DNA from: Pseudomonadota bacterium
GTDB lineage: Bacteria; Pseudomonadota; Gammaproteobacteria; Burkholderiales; Methylophilaceae
Length of the DNA: 64,000 nt
Direction of reading: 5' to 3'
Assembly: GCA_041180025.1 (NCBI GenBank)
Contig: JBEGSH010000073.1
Span: 6,773 to 70,772, forward strand
Each line of letters opens with the position of its first letter. Position 1 is the first letter of the stretch. Positions 34,261-44,108 of the stretch are shown piece by piece. Below the pieces are notes generated by a model. It was not told where the DNA came from and made no database searches. It saw nothing but the letters and a program-made list of their open reading frames with translations. The translations under genes were made by a program, and so were the position numbers.

Positions 34261-35115
34261 ATGAAACGTTTTTCAATATTAGTTATATTACTCTTAAATA
34301 TTATCTCAATGGCTCATGCCAATGAGAGGGGTTTGTTCTGGAAATTAAAGGCGCCAAACGGTTCAACACATTATTTATTCGGAACAATTCATACTGATGA
34401 CAATAGGATTATTAAATTCTTACCTGTCGTTAAAAAATCAGTCAGTCAGTCAGATCTTCTTCTTGTAGAAATTACACCTGATAATCATTCACAAAATCTC
34501 ATTTTGAAGGATCATTCTTTAGTATCGAAATTGACTGAAGATGAATTGAATCAAGTGAAAAAACTTTCAGAATTTCATGTGATGTATTTCGAGAATGTAA
34601 TCAGAATGAAACCTTGGCTTTTAGCAGTCATTTTTGATTCACCAAAGCCTCATACTGAATTTAATCAAGACTACCTTTTGATGGCTATGGCAGCAGATTT
34701 AGATAAAGATGTTATAGGCATAGAGTCATCCCAAGAACATTTTGCCGCTATGGACTCATTATCTTTGGATGAGCAATTAATCATGCTTAGAGCGGTTTTA
34801 AAAAAGACAGAGAAAGAAAGATTATCCGATTACAATTTACTTATGAAAGACTATCTTTCAGCTGATGTAGAACAAATACGTCATACCGATGAGCGATTAA
34901 CGGGTAAGCTATTGCCAGAAGCGTTGTGGGCTAAAATTAAAGTTCAGCTTATGGATGAGAGAAATAAAAAAATGGTAGCAAAAATTAAAGAACTTTCAAA
35001 AGATAAGCAGTTGTTCATTGCAGTAGGAGCTTCACATCTTGCGGGTCAAGATGGCTTGTTAAGTCAGTTAAGGCAATCAGGATTTAAAATGTCTCCTATT
35101 AAGGCGTTTGAATAA
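34261..35115 (+). CDS. TraB/GumN (TIKI) family exported protein
   Basis: Signal peptide, YLFGTIH, KPW, ERN and FIAVGASHL.G..GLL motifs. Confidence 0.88.
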   Translation: MKRFSILVILLLNIISMAHANERGLFWKLKAPNGSTHYLFGTIHTDDNRIIKFLPVVKKSVSQSDLLLVEITPDNHSQNLILKDHSLVSKLTEDELNQVKKLSEFHVMYFENVIRMKPWLLAVIFDSPKPHTEFNQDYLLMAMAADLDKDVIGIESSQEHFAAMDSLSLDEQLIMLRAVLKKTEKERLSDYNLLMKDYLSADVEQIRHTDERLTGKLLPEALWAKIKVQLMDERNKKMVAKIKELSKDKQLFIAVGASHLAGQDGLLSQLRQSGFKMSPIKAFE

Positions 35116-35116
35116 T

Positions 35117-35893
35117 ATGAAGCACCAAGTTATTTCATCTCGCGGAAATCAACACTTTAAACATTTAAAAAAACTTAACGAATCACCGCGTTATCGCCAC
35201 GAAGTACAGCAAACTATTTTAGATGGGATGCACCTTATTGAATCTTATGTAGAACGTTTTGGTTCTCCTGATTCAATAGCTTTAATCGAGGGCGGTAATC
35301 TTGATAAGATTGCATCTTATCTTAATGAAGATACACAAGTATTAGAATTCCCAGCAGGGCTTTTTTCTGAAATAGCGCCTGTCATATCGCCTACGGGTAT
35401 TTTGGCTTCTATTAACATCCCACATTTGGAACCATTAAAAAAACAAAACTGTATTTTATTGTTAGAAGATATTCAGGATCCAGGTAATTTGGGCAGCATA
35501 TTAAGATCTGCAAGTGCCTCTGGTGTTGATCTTGTTTACTTGTCTGATCATTGCGCCGACCTTTGGTCGCCTAAAGTTTTACGAGGTGGCCAGGGTGCCC
35601 ATTTTCATCTTCCATGTATTGAGAAGGCAAATTTTTCAGATATCACAAAATCATTCACTGGAAAAATTTTTGCAACAACATTAAGTGGAAAATCCATTTT
35701 TAAAGAAGACTTGAAAGGTCCTGTCGCATTTATTTTTGGGAACGAGGGAAATGGTATTCATTCAGAAACGATGCAATTAACTTCACATTCAATTCATATA
35801 CCTATGGAAAAAGGGATTGAATCTTTAAATGTTTCAGCAGCTGTCTCGATATGTCTATATGAAAAATATAGGCAAGAACATTCTAATGTTTAA
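35117..35893 (+). CDS. TrmH/SpoU family RNA methyltransferase
   Basis: IQDPGNLGSILRSA, FGNEGNG and ESLNVSAA SPOUT motifs. Confidence 0.93.
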   Translation: MKHQVISSRGNQHFKHLKKLNESPRYRHEVQQTILDGMHLIESYVERFGSPDSIALIEGGNLDKIASYLNEDTQVLEFPAGLFSEIAPVISPTGILASINIPHLEPLKKQNCILLLEDIQDPGNLGSILRSASASGVDLVYLSDHCADLWSPKVLRGGQGAHFHLPCIEKANFSDITKSFTGKIFATTLSGKSIFKEDLKGPVAFIFGNEGNGIHSETMQLTSHSIHIPMEKGIESLNVSAAVSICLYEKYRQEHSNV

Positions 35894-36770
35894 TTGAATC
35901 TTCTGATTCGTTAAAGATAAACTCCACTTCATCTTCGGAATATTTATAGCATTCGTTGCAGAAATCACAGTGAATTGTGATTGATGATTGTTCTTCAATG
36001 ATAGATTCGCATTCTTTTTTGCCGATGAGACGAAGCATATTTTCTACACTTTTTTTAGAGCAACTGCACGCAAAATTAGGATAGCTTGGATCGTATAGAC
36101 GAATAGTTTCTGAAGAAAATATTGTTTGAAGAATTTTGGAAGCTTCTAATGCTGGATGAATAGTTTTAAAAGATTCATCAGCGGACATTACTATATCTTC
36201 CCAAGCACTTGTCATTGCATCATGATCGAGTGCTTCCGCTGAAGAATTAAATGGAAGTTTTTGTATAAGAAGCCCATGAAAGATATTTTCTTGAGAATGA
36301 ATCCATAATTTTGTTTGAATCTGCTCCGACCTTAACATGTAATTTTCAAGTAGCTCACTGATTGAATTTCCTTCCATAGGTACAATACCTTGATAGGGTG
36401 TCTTTGCATTTTTTTGAATTAAGGTAATGATAAAGTGACCTTCTTTAATTAGATCAATAGGCGCTATGGATTCGATAGGGCCGTTCCATTTAACCGTACC
36501 TCTTATACCTAAGTTTTCATTGCATTCAGCAATTAATAATTTGAGTGGCCCATTTGTTTGAATTTGTAATGTTAAGGAACCATCAAGTTTGAGAGTGGAA
36601 GCAAGGAGAGAGCTTGCTACCATCAACTCACCTAATGCTATGTGAATATTCTGAGGCAAGGCTTGGTGTTGTGTAGCCTCTTCGATCGTGTGATTAAGCT
36701 TCACATAGTTGCCGCGAATGTCAGTATTTTCAAAGATAAATCGATGTAAAGTGTCTTCAGAGTTATGCAT
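35883..36770 (-). CDS. hslO: Hsp33 redox-regulated chaperone
   Basis: D.LHRFIFE, YQGIV, SEQI.T and CSCS...CDFC zinc motif. Confidence 0.95.
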   Translation of the reverse strand: MHNSEDTLHRFIFENTDIRGNYVKLNHTIEEATQHQALPQNIHIALGELMVASSLLASTLKLDGSLTLQIQTNGPLKLLIAECNENLGIRGTVKWNGPIESIAPIDLIKEGHFIITLIQKNAKTPYQGIVPMEGNSISELLENYMLRSEQIQTKLWIHSQENIFHGLLIQKLPFNSSAEALDHDAMTSAWEDIVMSADESFKTIHPALEASKILQTIFSSETIRLYDPSYPNFACSCSKKSVENMLRLIGKKECESIIEEQSSITIHCDFCNECYKYSEDEVEFIFNESEDSIKH

Positions 36771-36775
36771 AAAAT

Positions 36776-37654
36776 TTAAATTTCAATCGTTTTGATTTTG
36801 GGCACAAGTGAGATATCCCATAATTTAATAGCTGTAGCCCAAAAGTTTGTAAGTGTATTTTCTTTTTCAATTAACTCATAGTCTTGCCCAAGAAATTTAA
36901 GGCATGCGATCAGATTATTTTTTATATTTGCATCATTCACAGGGGTAGACTGATTTTCTTTGCTTAATTTTTTTTGATTTAAAGTTGCAATAGGTATATG
37001 ACCGTAATTCATCGAAGGGAATGATAAATTCTTTTGTAAATATATCTGCCTTGACGTGGAGTCGATAAGATCGGCACCTCTTATAATAGTGTTGATATTT
37101 TGCAATGCATCATCAATTACAACTGCTAGCTGATAAGCATAAATACCATCTGATCTTTTTAAAATAAAATCACCAAAGTCTTTTGATATATTTTGATGAA
37201 TGCTACCTTGGATCTTGTCTTCAAATGTGATGAAAGTATCTTTTGCTATGATTCTTAAAGCATGATGATTAGCATCTAATTTTTTATTTCTGCAAGTACC
37301 GGGGTAAATCATTCCATCAATCCCTGTTATGGCTGAATCAGCAATTTCTTTTCTACTACATTCGCAAAAATAAGTACTGCCTTGCTGATTTAAATGGGAC
37401 AGATACGTTTGATAAATATCTATTCGATGGCTTTGATAAATGATTTCATCATCCCAATGAAAACCATGTTGATGAAGCGAATTGATAATAGCTTTATCGC
37501 TTCCTTCAACAACTCTTGGCTGATCGAGGTCTTCCATTCTGATTTTCCATATGCCATCGTGATGTTTGGCATCAAGATAGCTTGCGACTGCAGTGACCAA
37601 TGATCCAAAATGTATTGGCCCTGTTGGAGATGGAGCAAAGCGACCTATATACAT
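36776..37654 (-). CDS. gluQ: Glutamyl-Q tRNA(Asp) synthetase
   Basis: YIGRFAPSPTGPIHFGS, CECSRK, YPGTCR, YQLAVVIDD, RGADL, KLSK; no anticodon-binding domain. Confidence 0.95.
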   Translation of the reverse strand: MYIGRFAPSPTGPIHFGSLVTAVASYLDAKHHDGIWKIRMEDLDQPRVVEGSDKAIINSLHQHGFHWDDEIIYQSHRIDIYQTYLSHLNQQGSTYFCECSRKEIADSAITGIDGMIYPGTCRNKKLDANHHALRIIAKDTFITFEDKIQGSIHQNISKDFGDFILKRSDGIYAYQLAVVIDDALQNINTIIRGADLIDSTSRQIYLQKNLSFPSMNYGHIPIATLNQKKLSKENQSTPVNDANIKNNLIACLKFLGQDYELIEKENTLTNFWATAIKLWDISLVPKIKTIEI

Positions 37655-37969
37655 TTAAGAGGCGGTGTTGATATAAGGCGGAATATGCCAGTTATGCAAA
37701 TTTTTGCCCAAAAGAAAAAGATTGCATTTGATTCGATCATTTGTGGAGCTACTTACCATAAATTCATAACATCGTAATATGGCAACCTGTCCTTTTTCAT
37801 TGCGTTTCAATGTAATTTTTTCGCAGGCAACGGTTTCATCTAAAAACTGAAGATCAAATTGTTGAGATAGATTTTTACCAAGTTGAATAGCTAGCTCACG
37901 TTTCGAGATAGTATCAATCCAAAACCAAACGGTTGTAATTAGAAGAGCGAGAAGAATATATTCCAACAT
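37655..37969 (-). CDS. DUF3301-like small membrane protein
   Basis: N-terminal TM segment, RE.A, LQFLDETV, R.YEF..S pattern. Confidence 0.75.
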   Translation of the reverse strand: MLEYILLALLITTVWFWIDTISKRELAIQLGKNLSQQFDLQFLDETVACEKITLKRNEKGQVAILRCYEFMVSSSTNDRIKCNLFLLGKNLHNWHIPPYINTAS

Positions 37970-38032
37970 GGGGTTTAATTAAAAAAATCGATTTTGATAT
38001 CTTAAACGGGGTTCATAAGACTTTAATGATTA

Positions 38033-38094
38033 TTTTGATGCATTATTTATGTGCATCAAAACATGAATTGATATAAATGCACACAAATAGTGCT
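38033..38094. promoter_or_regulatory. Two tandem NtrC-like boxes (TGCA-N9-TGCA and TGCA-N9-TGCT) upstream of amt
   Basis: TGCATTATTTATGTGCA (38039-38055, inside a perfect 10-bp inverted repeat 38033-38061) and TGCACACAAATAGTGCT (38078-38094) match the spacing of the NtrC consensus TGCACCA-N3-TGGTGCA. Confidence 0.6.
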
Positions 38095-38208
38095 TAAAAT
38101 TAGAATAATTCGCAAATTTTAAGATAAAAAAATTCACAATCTCTAATTTCCATTCTTTTTTATATAAAATTAAGTTTAATTAAATACTAAAGATAAGGAA
38201 TTCCCGTC

Positions 38209-39399
38209 ATGGATAACTTAATTGGTGCAAATGATGTTTTGTTTGTTTTGTTAGGCGCGATAATGGTGCTTGCTATGCATGCGGGGTTTGCATTTTTAGA
38301 AGTAGGTACAGTTCGTCATAAAAACCAAGTGAATGCGCTTGTTAAAATTCTTGTTGATTTTTCTGTGTCGACAATTGCATATTTCTTTATTGGGTATGGC
38401 ATCGCATATGGGGTTAATTTCTTATCTCCAGCAGAAACATTGTCTGCTAAAAATGGATATGACCTCGTAAAGTTTTTCTTTTTACTAACTTTTGCTGCAG
38501 CGATTCCTGCAATTATTTCTGGAGGTATTGCTGAGAGAGCTAAATTCAATTCTCAATTAGCAGCCACTTTTGCTTTGGTAGGATTCGTGTATCCCATTTT
38601 TGAAGGCATTGCTTGGAATAATCATTTAGGCGTTCAATCTTTTCTTGAAGGTCATTTTGGATTTAAATTTCATGATTTTGCAGGTTCAGTCGTTGTGCAT
38701 GCCATGGGTGGATGGATTGCTTTAGTTGCGGTGTTATTACTTGGTGCGAGACATGGGAGATATGGCAAAGACGGAAGGCTCCAAGCTTATCCGCCATCTA
38801 ATATTCCATTTCTAGCTTTAGGTGCTTGGATTTTAACTGTAGGTTGGTTTGGTTTTAATGTGATGTCAGCGCAAACTGCCAACGGTATTTCAGGCCTTGT
38901 AGCGATTAATTCCTTAATGGCATTAGTAGGCGGCACAATTGCAGCACTCATCGTTGGAAAAAACGATCCTGGTTTTATCCATAATGGACCACTCGCAGGT
39001 CTTGTAGCTGTGTGCGCGGGATCCGATATTTTTCATCCCATAGGTGCCCTTATTACTGGTTTAGTTGCGGGCATACTTTTTGTATGGGCTTTTACGCTCA
39101 CGCAAAATCGTTTAAAAATTGATGATGTATTGGGAGTATGGCCATTGCATGGACTATGTGGAGCCTGGGGCGGCATTGCAGCAGGTATTTTTGGATCCGC
39201 ATATTTTGGGGGCATGGGTGGTGTTAGTTTTACATCGCAACTCATTGGGACTTTATTGGGAGTGGGTATAGCACTTTTAGGCGGATTTCTGGTTTATGGG
39301 GTCATCAAGTATTTCTTTGGTATACGATTAAGCCAAGAAGAAGAATTTAATGGTGCAGATATTTCGATTCATAAAATTGCCGCTAATACAGAAGATTAA
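38209..39399 (+). CDS. amt: Ammonium transporter (Amt/Mep family)
   Basis: MHAGFAFLEVG, ISGGIAER, HDFAGSVVVH, GWFGFN and DD.LGVWPLHG (twin His). Confidence 0.95.
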   Translation: MDNLIGANDVLFVLLGAIMVLAMHAGFAFLEVGTVRHKNQVNALVKILVDFSVSTIAYFFIGYGIAYGVNFLSPAETLSAKNGYDLVKFFFLLTFAAAIPAIISGGIAERAKFNSQLAATFALVGFVYPIFEGIAWNNHLGVQSFLEGHFGFKFHDFAGSVVVHAMGGWIALVAVLLLGARHGRYGKDGRLQAYPPSNIPFLALGAWILTVGWFGFNVMSAQTANGISGLVAINSLMALVGGTIAALIVGKNDPGFIHNGPLAGLVAVCAGSDIFHPIGALITGLVAGILFVWAFTLTQNRLKIDDVLGVWPLHGLCGAWGGIAAGIFGSAYFGGMGGVSFTSQLIGTLLGVGIALLGGFLVYGVIKYFFGIRLSQEEEFNGADISIHKIAANTED

Positions 39400-39444
39400 T
39401 CTTATCTCTTAAAAGCCTCATATGAGGCCATGTTAAAATTTGCC

Positions 39445-40125
39445 ATGGCCAAATTTCATATCATTATTCCAGCCGCAGGCTCAGGTTCCAGAATGGGGCT
39501 TGGCCAGCCTAAGCAATATCTTATAATTCATAAGCAAACCTTTATTGAGAGAGTGCTTAGAGTTTTTCAAAATATTCCACTCGTTGATTCAATTCATATT
39601 GCACTTCACCCAAACGATGAAATCTGGAAAACACTTAACCTATCTTTATCATCAAAGGTTAGTGTTCACTATTGTGGTGGTGAATCTCGAGCAGAAACAG
39701 TACTTAATACACTAAAAATAATAAAAGATTATGTAGATGAAAGCGATTGGATTTTGGTTCATGATGCTGCTCGTCCTGGTATAGAAGAAAAAGATGTAGA
39801 GCGTTTAATGGATGTATTAAAAGATGATTCGGTAGGTGGTCTCTTGGCTTATCCTATAGCAGACACTATAAAAAAATCTGATAAAGAAGATAGGGTAGTT
39901 GAGTCACCCTCAAGAGATTATTTGTGGCAAGCACAAACACCACAAATGTATCGATATAAAATGTTAAGTGATGCGTTAGAAAAGTTTGACGGAATTCCAA
40001 CGGATGAATCTCAGGCGATTGAGGGTTTAGGTTTGAAACCTAAATTAATTAAAGGCAATTTTAAAAATTTTAAAGTCACCTACCAAGAGGATCTCAGTAT
40101 CCTTGAACGTTTAATAAATAAATAG
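39445..40125 (+). CDS. ispD: 2-C-methyl-D-erythritol 4-phosphate cytidylyltransferase (likely start ATG 39445)
   Basis: IIPAAGSGSRM...PKQY, LVHDAARP, DTIK, AQTPQ, TDE, N.KVT..EDL. Confidence 0.96.
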   Translation: MAKFHIIIPAAGSGSRMGLGQPKQYLIIHKQTFIERVLRVFQNIPLVDSIHIALHPNDEIWKTLNLSLSSKVSVHYCGGESRAETVLNTLKIIKDYVDESDWILVHDAARPGIEEKDVERLMDVLKDDSVGGLLAYPIADTIKKSDKEDRVVESPSRDYLWQAQTPQMYRYKMLSDALEKFDGIPTDESQAIEGLGLKPKLIKGNFKNFKVTYQEDLSILERLINK

Positions 40126-40134
40126 GTATTTACT

Positions 40135-40611
40135 ATGATAAAAGTCGGACAAGGTTTTGATGTTCATCAATTGGTGAATGAAAGAAAATGTATCATTGGC
40201 GGCGTTGATATTCCATTCAGTAAGGGATTGGATGGTCATTCAGATGCTGACGTTCTTCTTCATGCTATATCAGATGCTATTCTCGGCGCAGCTGCTTTAG
40301 GTGATATTGGAAAGCATTTTCCAAATACAGATCCTTTGATTAAAGATATAAATTCAAGAGAAATTTTAAAAAAAGTCATTTCACTTCTTCAGCAAAAAAA
40401 ATATTCTATTGTGAATATTGATGCGACTGTGATATGTGAATTGCCTAAATTAACCCCTTACATTGATCAAATTAAAAAGAATATTGCATCGGATTGCAAT
40501 ATAGATATAGATAGAATCAATGTTAAAGCGACAACTACTGAAACTCTTGGATTTACTGGTAGAGGAGAGGGTATTGCAGCCCAAGCTATCTGTTTAATAG
40601 AGTCTAATTAA
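40135..40611 (+). CDS. ispF: MECDP synthase
   Basis: GQGFDVH, GHSDADVLLHA, GDIGKHFP, KATTTE.LGFTGRGEG. Confidence 0.97.
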   Translation: MIKVGQGFDVHQLVNERKCIIGGVDIPFSKGLDGHSDADVLLHAISDAILGAAALGDIGKHFPNTDPLIKDINSREILKKVISLLQQKKYSIVNIDATVICELPKLTPYIDQIKKNIASDCNIDIDRINVKATTTETLGFTGRGEGIAAQAICLIESN

Positions 40612-40619
40612 GCTTTTTC

Positions 40620-42449
40620 ATGTTTAAGCATTTCGAAAAGCTACTTAATCCATTTCCTGAAGATTTTTTAGTTACCCCACCTAAAACTTTATTACCATTT
40701 ATTTGGTTGTGCACGAAAAATCTTAGATGGCTAATTTTATGTATGGCTTTACTAACAGCATTTATAGGTGGATTCGAAGCTGTTTTATTTTCATACATGG
40801 GATCGCTTGTTGATCTCTTAAATCATTCAAGTCGAAATGATTTCTGGAGCCAACATTTTTCAATGCTGCTATCTGCTTCCCTGATTTTAATTTTAAGTAC
40901 AGTGCTTATTTTATTTCAAACATTAATTAAGCATCAATCACTTGCTGGCGCATTCCCGATGCGCATGCGTTGGAATTTCCATCGCTTGCTTCTTAATCAA
41001 AGTATGAATTTTTATCATAATGAATTTGCAGGAAGAGTTGCTGCAAAAGTTATGCAAACTGCTCTTGCTGTCAGAGATTTATGGTTTATTTTGGCTGACA
41101 TATTAATTTATGTTGTGATTTATTTTCTCACGATGATTTTAGTTGTTGGCAAATTTAATTATGTATTAATGCTTCCTTTTATTGGATGGGTAATATTTTA
41201 TATTTTGGCTTTAGTGTATTTTGTGCCGCGCTTAAGCAAGCTATCAAGAAATCAAGCTGATGCTAGATCTTTAATGACTGGAAGAATTACAGATGCATAT
41301 ACCAATATAAGCACAATCAAACTATTTTCACATGCAGGACGGGAAGCTAATTTTGCAAAAGTGGCTATGAAGGAATTCTTAGTTAGTGTAAATAAGCAAA
41401 TGCGATTAGTTAGCTGGATTGAAGTCATTAACCATTTGCTCAGTATGCTTCTTGTGATTGGTACTGCTTTTGCTGCAATTTGGCTGTGGTCGAGCAGCGA
41501 AATTATGGTGGGTGTAATTGCAACTTCCACCGCCATGGCTCTTAGATTAAATGGTATATCGCATTGGGTGATGTGGGAGATGACTTCGCTATATGAACAA
41601 GTGGGAACACTTCAAGATGGTTTGAATACTTTATCAATGCATCAAGAGATTAAAGATGAAAAAAGTGCAAAAGATCTCCAAATAAAGAAGGCTTCGGTTT
41701 CATTTCAAAATGTAGTTTTTAATTATCCTAACCAAAAAAAATCTGTTATTCATAACTTTTCTTTACATATTAATCCGGGTGAGAAGGTTGGCTTAGTAGG
41801 AAGATCTGGCTCAGGAAAATCTACGCTCGTAAATTTACTATTAAGATTTTATGATCTCAAAGCAGGCATGATCACAATTGATGATCAAGATATTTCTAAA
41901 GTAAAGCAAAATAGCTTAAGAGAAAAAATTGGTATGGTGACCCAAGATACTTCTCTTCTTCACCGTTCCGTTAAAGATAACATTGTGTATGGCAGACCTA
42001 ATGCAACTCAAAAACAAATGATTGATGCTGCAAAAAGAGCTAAGGCGCACGATTTTATAATGCAGTTAGAAGATAATTTTTCTAGAAAAGGTTATGAAGC
42101 GCACGTAGGAGAAAGAGGCGTTAAATTATCAGGCGGCCAGAGGCAGCGAATATCTATTGCGAGAGTTATGTTAAAAGATGCGCCGATATTGTTGTTAGAT
42201 GAGGCAACAAGTGCGCTTGACTCAGAAATTGAGGTTGTGATTCAGCAAAGCCTCTATCAACTCATGGAAGGCAAAACAGTAATTGCAATCGCACATCGAC
42301 TATCAACTATTGCAGCAATGGATAGACTCATTGTCATCGACAAAGGTAAGATTATTGAGGAGGGGTCTCATGCTGAGCTTATTAAAAAGAAAGGTTTATA
42401 TGCGAGACTTTGGAGACATCAAAGCGGAGGTTTCCTTGGTGAGGCTTAA
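40620..42449 (+). CDS. ABC exporter, fused TMD+NBD half transporter (multidrug/lipid type)
   Basis: N-terminal TM domain, GRSGSGKST, LSGGQRQR, LLLDEATSALD, IAHRLST. Confidence 0.93.
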   Translation: MFKHFEKLLNPFPEDFLVTPPKTLLPFIWLCTKNLRWLILCMALLTAFIGGFEAVLFSYMGSLVDLLNHSSRNDFWSQHFSMLLSASLILILSTVLILFQTLIKHQSLAGAFPMRMRWNFHRLLLNQSMNFYHNEFAGRVAAKVMQTALAVRDLWFILADILIYVVIYFLTMILVVGKFNYVLMLPFIGWVIFYILALVYFVPRLSKLSRNQADARSLMTGRITDAYTNISTIKLFSHAGREANFAKVAMKEFLVSVNKQMRLVSWIEVINHLLSMLLVIGTAFAAIWLWSSSEIMVGVIATSTAMALRLNGISHWVMWEMTSLYEQVGTLQDGLNTLSMHQEIKDEKSAKDLQIKKASVSFQNVVFNYPNQKKSVIHNFSLHINPGEKVGLVGRSGSGKSTLVNLLLRFYDLKAGMITIDDQDISKVKQNSLREKIGMVTQDTSLLHRSVKDNIVYGRPNATQKQMIDAAKRAKAHDFIMQLEDNFSRKGYEAHVGERGVKLSGGQRQRISIARVMLKDAPILLLDEATSALDSEIEVVIQQSLYQLMEGKTVIAIAHRLSTIAAMDRLIVIDKGKIIEEGSHAELIKKKGLYARLWRHQSGGFLGEA

Positions 42450-42994
42450 TGTGCGCTTAATAAAACAATAACTGCACCGCCACCACCATCATGCACTCTA
42501 GCTTGAGCGTATGCTATTACCTCTTCTTTTTGTGCTAACCAATGCTTTAATTTGTTTTTAAGAACAGGTTCCTTATTTTTCGAGTTGTAACCTTTTCCAT
42601 GCACGATGCGAACGCATCGAATATTATTTTTTTTACATTCAGCAATAAATTGAACAACATAGGCTTTAGCTTCATCCGAAATCATGCCATGGAGATCAAT
42701 AGATTTTTGTACAACCCAAAATCCTTTTCTTAGTTTTTTTAAAATATCAGGGGAATGGCCTTCTCTAATATAAAAAAGTTCTTCCCCATTCTCAATATCA
42801 TGAAGCGGTTCATAGTGATCGCTGATGGAATCAATGAGCGCTTGTTTTTCGTCTCTTATAAAGTTAAGAGGTACCGGCTTGGGTTTTTTTTGAGGGGCTT
42901 TATGCTCTTTTTTCTTGGGACTGATTCTTAATGGATTTGCCCCTTTGATGGCTTCTCTGAATAAATCAATTTCGTCTTCATCATTTGCTGCCAT
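42446..42994 (-). CDS. Smr/MutS2-domain protein
   Basis: LFREAI, LKKLRKG, IDLHG, IVHGKG, GGGAVIVLL. Confidence 0.92.
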   Translation of the reverse strand: MAANDEDEIDLFREAIKGANPLRISPKKKEHKAPQKKPKPVPLNFIRDEKQALIDSISDHYEPLHDIENGEELFYIREGHSPDILKKLRKGFWVVQKSIDLHGMISDEAKAYVVQFIAECKKNNIRCVRIVHGKGYNSKNKEPVLKNKLKHWLAQKEEVIAYAQARVHDGGGGAVIVLLSAH

Positions 42995-42998
42995 GACA

Positions 42999-43976
<978 letters not shown>

Positions 43977-44071
43977 TCAATTTTAGTTTTCATCGCTTGA
44001 TTAAGCAAACCTATTTTTGTTAGAACAGGCCTTTTTTGTGGCTTTTTTCATCATTTTTTGGCACCTCAAAC

Positions 44072-44080
44072 TGATATAAT
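44072..44080 (+). promoter_or_regulatory. Extended -10 promoter (TGaTATAAT) for ftsK-lolA-rarA-serS
   Basis: TGATATAAT about 30 nt upstream of the probable TTG start at 44109. Confidence 0.5.
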
Positions 44081-44108
44081 TGATGAAACATTCCGAGTAT
44101 TTACAACC

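Noticed and set aside
44027-44048. GGCC-TTTTTT-GTGGC-TTTTTT as a terminator in the trxB/ftsK spacer
   Set aside because: The stem is only 3-4 bp, and the site lies between divergent genes where no transcript needs to end.
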